DNA of 63,522 nucleotides, the filler included, from Reticulomyxa filosa (Eukaryota > Protista > Foraminifera): assembly GCA_000512085.1 (NCBI GenBank). It is 19 parts of 19 records of this genome, joined end to end, with 100 filler letters (N's around TTAATTAATTAA, not from the genome) between each part and the next. Parts side by side here need not be neighbours in the genome. Positions count along the whole stretch, not along the records: positions 56,147 to 59,401 come from ASPP01014114.1; positions 59,502 to 63,522 come from ASPP01026734.1; 17 more parts are not named here. One strand, given 5' to 3'. Below the pieces are notes generated by a model. The model was not told the DNA's origin. It ran no database searches and saw only the letters and a program-made list of their open reading frames with translations. How positions within the stretch are numbered: the first letter of the stretch is position 1; each line of letters opens with the position of its first letter. Position numbers and translations under genes: made by a program. This document shows positions 57,932-63,522 of the stretch, piece by piece.

Positions 57932-59501
57932 TTTTTCTTTGACTCTTTCTTCCTTTTTTTTTTTTCCAACTCCACCATAAATTGTGACAAAAAAAAAAAG
58001 TAGCTCATTCAAGTGAAATACTTTACTGATATTATTATTGTGATTATTGACCTTTTCAAAAAAAACAAAACAAAACAAACTGAAGACAAATACTTAAAAA
58101 GAATTTTTCGCAAACTTCTTAATGCAGCAAAATTGAAAACAGTACTCAATAATATACACCCCTTGCACAGGAACCTTTTTTTTCTCGCGTGTTCTTCGCA
58201 GATACCATTGGTGTAAAAAAAAAAAATTATCTTTGTTCGAAAAACAAAAATAATTGTGTATTTTGAAAATTTGGAATACTTGCTGTTTGAATAAAGCACA
58301 TTTTCACAACCCGCTTGTTCGTCAAAAAAAAAAGCAAGGATAATCCCAATTATGGATCGTAGATTAAAAAATGAAAGAGAGGTATATTTCGATTGTGTAC
58401 TTTTTTCCTCGCCAATAGATTGTGTCCTTTTTCCTCGCCAATAGATTGTGTCTGTCTCTAGAGATTCCCTCAACATATCTTTTAAAAAATGATTGCACTT
58501 TTTTTTTTTGTTCATATGCATGCGTATGTGTGGGTGAACATGTGTTGTGAGAAATGGACTTCCCGAGACACACAAAAAAAAAAAAAAACCAAGAAATACA
58601 TAAAAAAAAAAAAAAAAATTGCGACAGTTGCGCGGACCTGCACAAAATATGCGTGGTTTAGATTTTCAAACAGACATATTACTTCACGCTTATACAACAA
58701 ATGTGAACGGCAATGTAAATAACAGCTTGATGTACGAGACAAATGTGGACGGATCGGTAAAAAGTAAAGCCGTACAAACCGACATGTGCGGCTTGCAAAA
58801 GAACTTATTGTTCGTGGACATGAGTAGTCAAAAAAGCGACACACAAAACGAGTTGCTGAGGTCGATGCCTATAGCAATACCTGTGTCAATGTCGGCAGTA
58901 CCAATGCCTGTTTCAATGTCGATGCCAATGTCGATGCCAATATCAATGCCGATGCCAATATCAATGCCGATGCAATGCCAATGCAATGCAAGTGCCCATG
59001 TCAGTGCAAGTGCCCGTGTCAATGCCAAGACCAACGCCTATGTCAATGCCAAGACCAATGCCTATGTCAATGCCAATACCAATGCCGCTGCCAGTGCCAA
59101 CGTCGATGCCGGTAGTTTGCCAAAATTGACTCTATTTTTTTTTTAATGTCCTAATTTTTTTCTTTCCCGGAGCAAAAGCTAGAAAAAGGAAGAAAGTAGA
59201 TAGATACAAATGTACATATATAAAGAGTCGAGATTGAACCAAAAAAAAAAAAAAATGATAACAAAACTCAGAAAAGTTATTACTTTTTTTTTGAGATCAG
59301 TTTTTGCAGGATTCGCAACCCCTTAAAAAATAAGGGTTACTTTTTTTAATCTAAATATACCTACATGACAAACTTTTGTTGTAACATTACTACTTTATTT
59401 TNNNNNNNNNNNNNNNNNNNNNNNNNNNNNNNNNNNNNNNNNNNNTTAATTAATTAANNNNNNNNNNNNNNNNNNNNNNNNNNNNNNNNNNNNNNNNNNN
59501 N

Positions 59502-59897
59502 GGAGAAGAAGAAGAAGAAGAAGGAGAAGAAGAAGAAGAAGAAGGGGTTGGTGTAAAGTGCTTCAACTGCTCCAATGTTTCGATCCTTGGAATAAACAAT
59601 GACAATTCCATGTCGTGCACGCACTTGAATCGATCCAAACTGTAAAAGCTGCTATCGAATAATTGGTGCAAGTCCCTCGAATTATTGCTGTCTGCTTTAT
59701 ATTGCCTGATCGAATAGTCCAAATGGTAATTCACAAACTTTTGCAGCCAAGGCACACCCTTCATCTTTTTCATCCGGTTAATCGACAGCGGACTGCGACT
59801 GATTTGGAACAATCGATGGCACGTTTTCTCCAATGACGTCAGGTCACTCCATTCCAGATTGTGGCATATTAGCATTATTAAGTCATTTGCCAATCTC

Positions 59898-59928
<31 letters not shown>

Positions 59929-60193
59929 GAATAAAAAATAAAAAGCAAACAAATGAATGAAAATGATTGATTATTTTATTATATATACATATATGCACAT
60001 ATATACATATATATATAATAAAATAACCAAAAATGGAGACATTGGAGCCGGGTCACCTGGCAACTGACCAAACGTATAAACAACAAAATTTTCGTGGGAC
60101 CTTATGGAAGTGGGTGTAATACGTGTACGTTGGACATTGATGGCATTGCTCGTGCGTGTAAACATGCGCTGGTGATGATGACGCTGATGGTGT

Positions 60194-60230
<37 letters not shown>

Positions 60231-60984
60231 ATGTACGCGCACTCGAGTTAGTTGCAGCCAAAAGTCCCGTGACTTGTTCGTCGTCACTATCGTCCTGCTT
60301 ACCGTAGATCCATCCTTGCGCCTGGCTGAACATACTGTTGATCCCCGAATATATCTTATTTGTGATCGAAAGCAACGGGTGGCCTTGTTCGTTCAGTCGT
60401 GCTGCTGGCAAGTCCAAGTTCGGTGGGGAGAGTACTTGAAACGAAGAGCTCGGCGATCTGGATAGTGATGGCGAGATGGGCTGTCCTCTTGCTTCCGTCA
60501 TTATTGCTGCCGTGATTGTTGTCGCTGCAGCTACTGATGATGAAGGTGGTGACGATTCATTGCTCCAGTGAGCCGTTTTTGACTCTTCAGACTCCATCTC
60601 ATCCAAATTTGGAGCCGTTAGTTCGATAAACATCATTTCCTTATCTTTCGCTTTGTACAATGCTCGCAAGTCTTGCGACGCTGGAATCTTCGCTTTTCGA
60701 AGCACCTCCATATTGTCAACCATTTGTTTCAATCCTACTAATGGAATCATGTCGATATACTCATATAATCCTTTCAGCAACACTTGATGCATTAATGTGT
60801 TTCTTGCATCGCCATAGCCGGTTGTCTCCCGATTATCGTTCTCACAGTTGCACAGAATTTGGAAAATTAGCTTCCACAACAACTTTAGCTTCGCTAGGTC
60901 GTCTAGTAAATGAAAGGATCTGCTTAAATGCATAAATTGAAGCAATTTTTTATTTCGATTCATTCGAATCTCACTCGATTCCAT
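59502..60984 (-). CDS. F-box-like protein with poly-His tract, 3'-truncated
   Basis: 337-aa first exon, then LANDLIMLICHNLEWSDLTSLEKTCHRLFQIS (F-box pattern) after an intron at about 59895-60060. Confidence 0.65.
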
Positions 60985-61940
60985 TTTTTACAAGTTTTAT
61001 GGTCAATATCTTAAGTTTTACTTGCTTTTCTCTTCAAAATTTTTTTGCTTGCTTTTTTTCCCCTTTAAAACGAAGTTTTAGCAATTTGAGCCAGTTCAAA
61101 ATTTCTTTGGAAAAAAAAATTGTTGGGTCATGTTCCATTTATTTTCACAAGATTAATTGTCAGACTTTGCAACGAAATTTTCTACGAATGCATCGGATTT
61201 GGCTCAAAACTGAATGCAAAAGTTGTGATGTACTGTTTGCAACAAAAAAAAACTTTTTGATGAAAGACGTTGCAAAAATTGGTCCTCGTGGCAACGTCCG
61301 AACAGAAAATTTTTTTATTGGGAAGTGTTTTCCAACACCAACTTTATAAAAAGTCATCAATTTATCTCTTGTTTTGTTTGAATCTATTTCTCACGCCAAA
61401 GAAATTTTAATAAATCAGGCCACTTACGAGCAGAAAAAACCAAAACAAACAAAGAGGATAAACCATCAATGTGGAATGCTAGTGGAGTTGGAATCAGAAA
61501 AAATGTGGACTCTGTAACGACAAAAAATAACAGCCACTGTTCTGTCAACATCTCAATATGCAAAGATTTATTCCATCGTATGTTTGACAAAAGCAGGTGA
61601 GGGAAGAGAGGTTGCAAACTAACACTCTTTAGCAACGTTTTTGTTTTTTTATATCTCTCCTTTTTAGGTTGTTCACTCAAAACAGTTCGTGCATTCTGCA
61701 ACAGAGATGAAATTTTTCCATAGTGTGTTTGATTATTTCCAAATATTAGTCAACATAAGACATAATTCTAAAGGTTTGCTTTTGCTGTAATTTTAAAATC
61801 ATTCTGAAAGTTGAGAAAGTAAATATTTTCTCAGATTCAAAGCGCAAAAATAGCAAAAAATTTGCTTGTCAGAAACGAAGGATAAACTTCCTCTTTAAAA
61901 GGGTCAAAATCGTCAGAAGAGAAATAAATTTATTAAATTA

Positions 61941-63097
61941 ATGTCTCGTCTTGCCGAGAATAAATCAGGAGGAAATACTTATCAAGATGAAACAACTCAA
62001 CAATTACAACAATTAGCCCAAAATATGGAAAAAATCACTCAAATGAATGAGTTAAAACAGCAGCAAGCGCATGAAGCGAAGAGATTAACCTTTGAAAACA
62101 TTGGTTTAGAAAACATATCCGTAAGTCAATTAAAAGAAATGTTTGGGAAAACTCGATTGGTAATTTTGTGTGGACCTCAAACGAGAGCACATGAAATTGG
62201 ATGCGAACTACAAAAAATTATGCGTTTAAAAGATTTTTGCGAAATTGGAAAATCAGGTAGAAATGTTACATTGGAAAATTCGGCCAAGAAATTTCTGGAA
62301 ATTTCTGTGTCTACGTTTGATGGATGTAAACAGATTTTTATTCAATATATCAAATCGGATCTCATGTACTGTCTTGCAGTCACGGAATGGGGGCATCATC
62401 AATAGGTGTATTTTTAAGTGAATTAATAAGGATATTGAGAATAAGTGAAGCAATAAAGCAAGTACAAATGATAAGAATAGGAAGTGCAGGAGGGATAGGG
62501 GTTGAAGCGGGTAGCATTGTAGTTACATCTCATATTGTAAATCCAATCACTTTGAAATCAGAATGGACATATTATTCATGTGGTAATTGTATCACTCAAC
62601 CATGTACATTCGATGGCAATATATCCGAACAACTATATTTTATCGCAAAAAACAAGCAAATCCCTGTTTTCCTCGGTAAGACAATGACCACTGAGACTTA
62701 TTATGAAGGACAAGCCAGATTGGATGGAGCACTTTGTACCTATACTCAAGAAGCCAAGCTTGAATGGCTTACCAAACTATATAAACAAGGAGTTCGAAAC
62801 TTTGAAATGGAAGTTGTGCCTTCTCTCTCTGTCTTTCCCATTTGTAACATTTGACAGTAATTCAACTCTTTTGCAATATAGGGCGATGTACTTTCTGGGA
62901 TGTGCACTTACAACGAAATTCCATGCGCAATGTTATGCGTTGCCTATTTAGACCGCTTGGAAATGGATACTACTCCAAGTAAATATACAAAACAAGAGCT
63001 GGACAGTTGGATGCAACGCTGTGTTGACGTTGTTGTCACATATACCAAAAAACATCTTTCTTCAAAAAAAAAAAAATCTAAACCACAGACATCTTAA
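61941..63097 (+). CDS. UPP1: Uridine phosphorylase (eukaryotic UPP1 type)
   Basis: LCGPQTRA, TDFYSIYQIGSHVLSCSHGMG (after a missing A at about 62329), IRIGSAGGIG, YYEGQARLDGA, GVRNFEME|GDVL, LCVAYLDRL. Intron 62813-62881. Confidence 0.92.
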
Positions 63098-63522
63098 CTA
63101 TTTCTTTTTACTTTTAAAACACTAGTTGTCAGTAATAAAATATACTTTATTCATTTTTTTGAGATGCTTTAAGAAGTTATTATTTGTATCCACTCTTGTC
63201 ATACGTATAACCATCAGACCATTAATCATCTTAATTAAAATTAACAAATTTTCAATCTTTAAACATTGCAGATCAACATTGTATCTATTCAGTTTGTAAA
63301 TGATCATCTTTGCTTACGCTCAAATATCCATAACGTTAAACATTATCTGTTTGACTTTTTAAAATACGTATTATATCTACAATGTATTGTTTTTTTTAAA
63401 TTTAGTGTAATTTTTTTCATTAGTTAATTGTTATATTAATAACATTAGAATATGTATTATTATTATAAATACAGTAGTATAAAAAAGAAAGTTGAAACCT
63501 AAAATGCCACCTTATAGAGATT

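Noticed and set aside
58402-58452. Tandem duplication of about 27 bp (TTTTTCCTCGCCAATAGATTGTGTC x2)
   Set aside because: Only two copies and no associated element, so most likely a local slippage duplication.
58619-59146. ORF with SMP/MP and NAKTNAYV repeats
   Set aside because: Possibly a real exon, but low-complexity with no clear start or domain, so no product can be supported.
8652-59501. Regularly recurring TTAATTAATTAA palindrome flanked by Ns, as a possible repeat or recombination site
   Set aside because: Identical 100-bp construct with stops in all six frames. It is a synthetic contig linker, not biology.

Overview
This is not one contiguous locus. It is 19 unrelated contig pieces joined by 18 identical artificial 100-bp linkers (44 N + TTAATTAATTAA + 44 N). 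Eighteen pieces are AT-rich, intron-containing eukaryotic DNA in the standard genetic code. Their style (expanded WD40, NACHT-WD40 and Kelch-like families with many pseudogenes; homopolymer-rich introns) resembles the foraminiferan Reticulomyxa filosa, which is an inference. Recognisable genes: an SRPK kinase, a RanBP9/10-like SPRY-LisH-CTLH protein, a vWA + HSPA12-like fragment, a mucin-stalk membrane protein, a transmembrane RING-H2 E3, a TM9SF1-like protein, an SLC45/SUT-like transporter, two halves of a selenocysteine-lyase/NifS-like enzyme on different contigs, a G-alpha, WD40 proteins, an NLR-like NACHT-pentapeptide-14xWD40 protein, ALDH, BCD1/ZNHIT6-like, F-box and uridine phosphorylase genes. 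One 1-kb piece is a high-GC bacterial TonB-dependent receptor fragment. The most striking unexplained structure is in the introns. 5' splice sites fall into two classes keyed to the last exon base: G|GT(A/G) versus non-G|GTT, often GTTRAGT (the canonical motif shifted by one base). Many 3' splice sites are preceded by poly-A instead of a pyrimidine tract, often with a complementary poly-T tract upstream. Gene models were built by eye. Numerous single-base homopolymer frameshifts are most likely sequencing errors.
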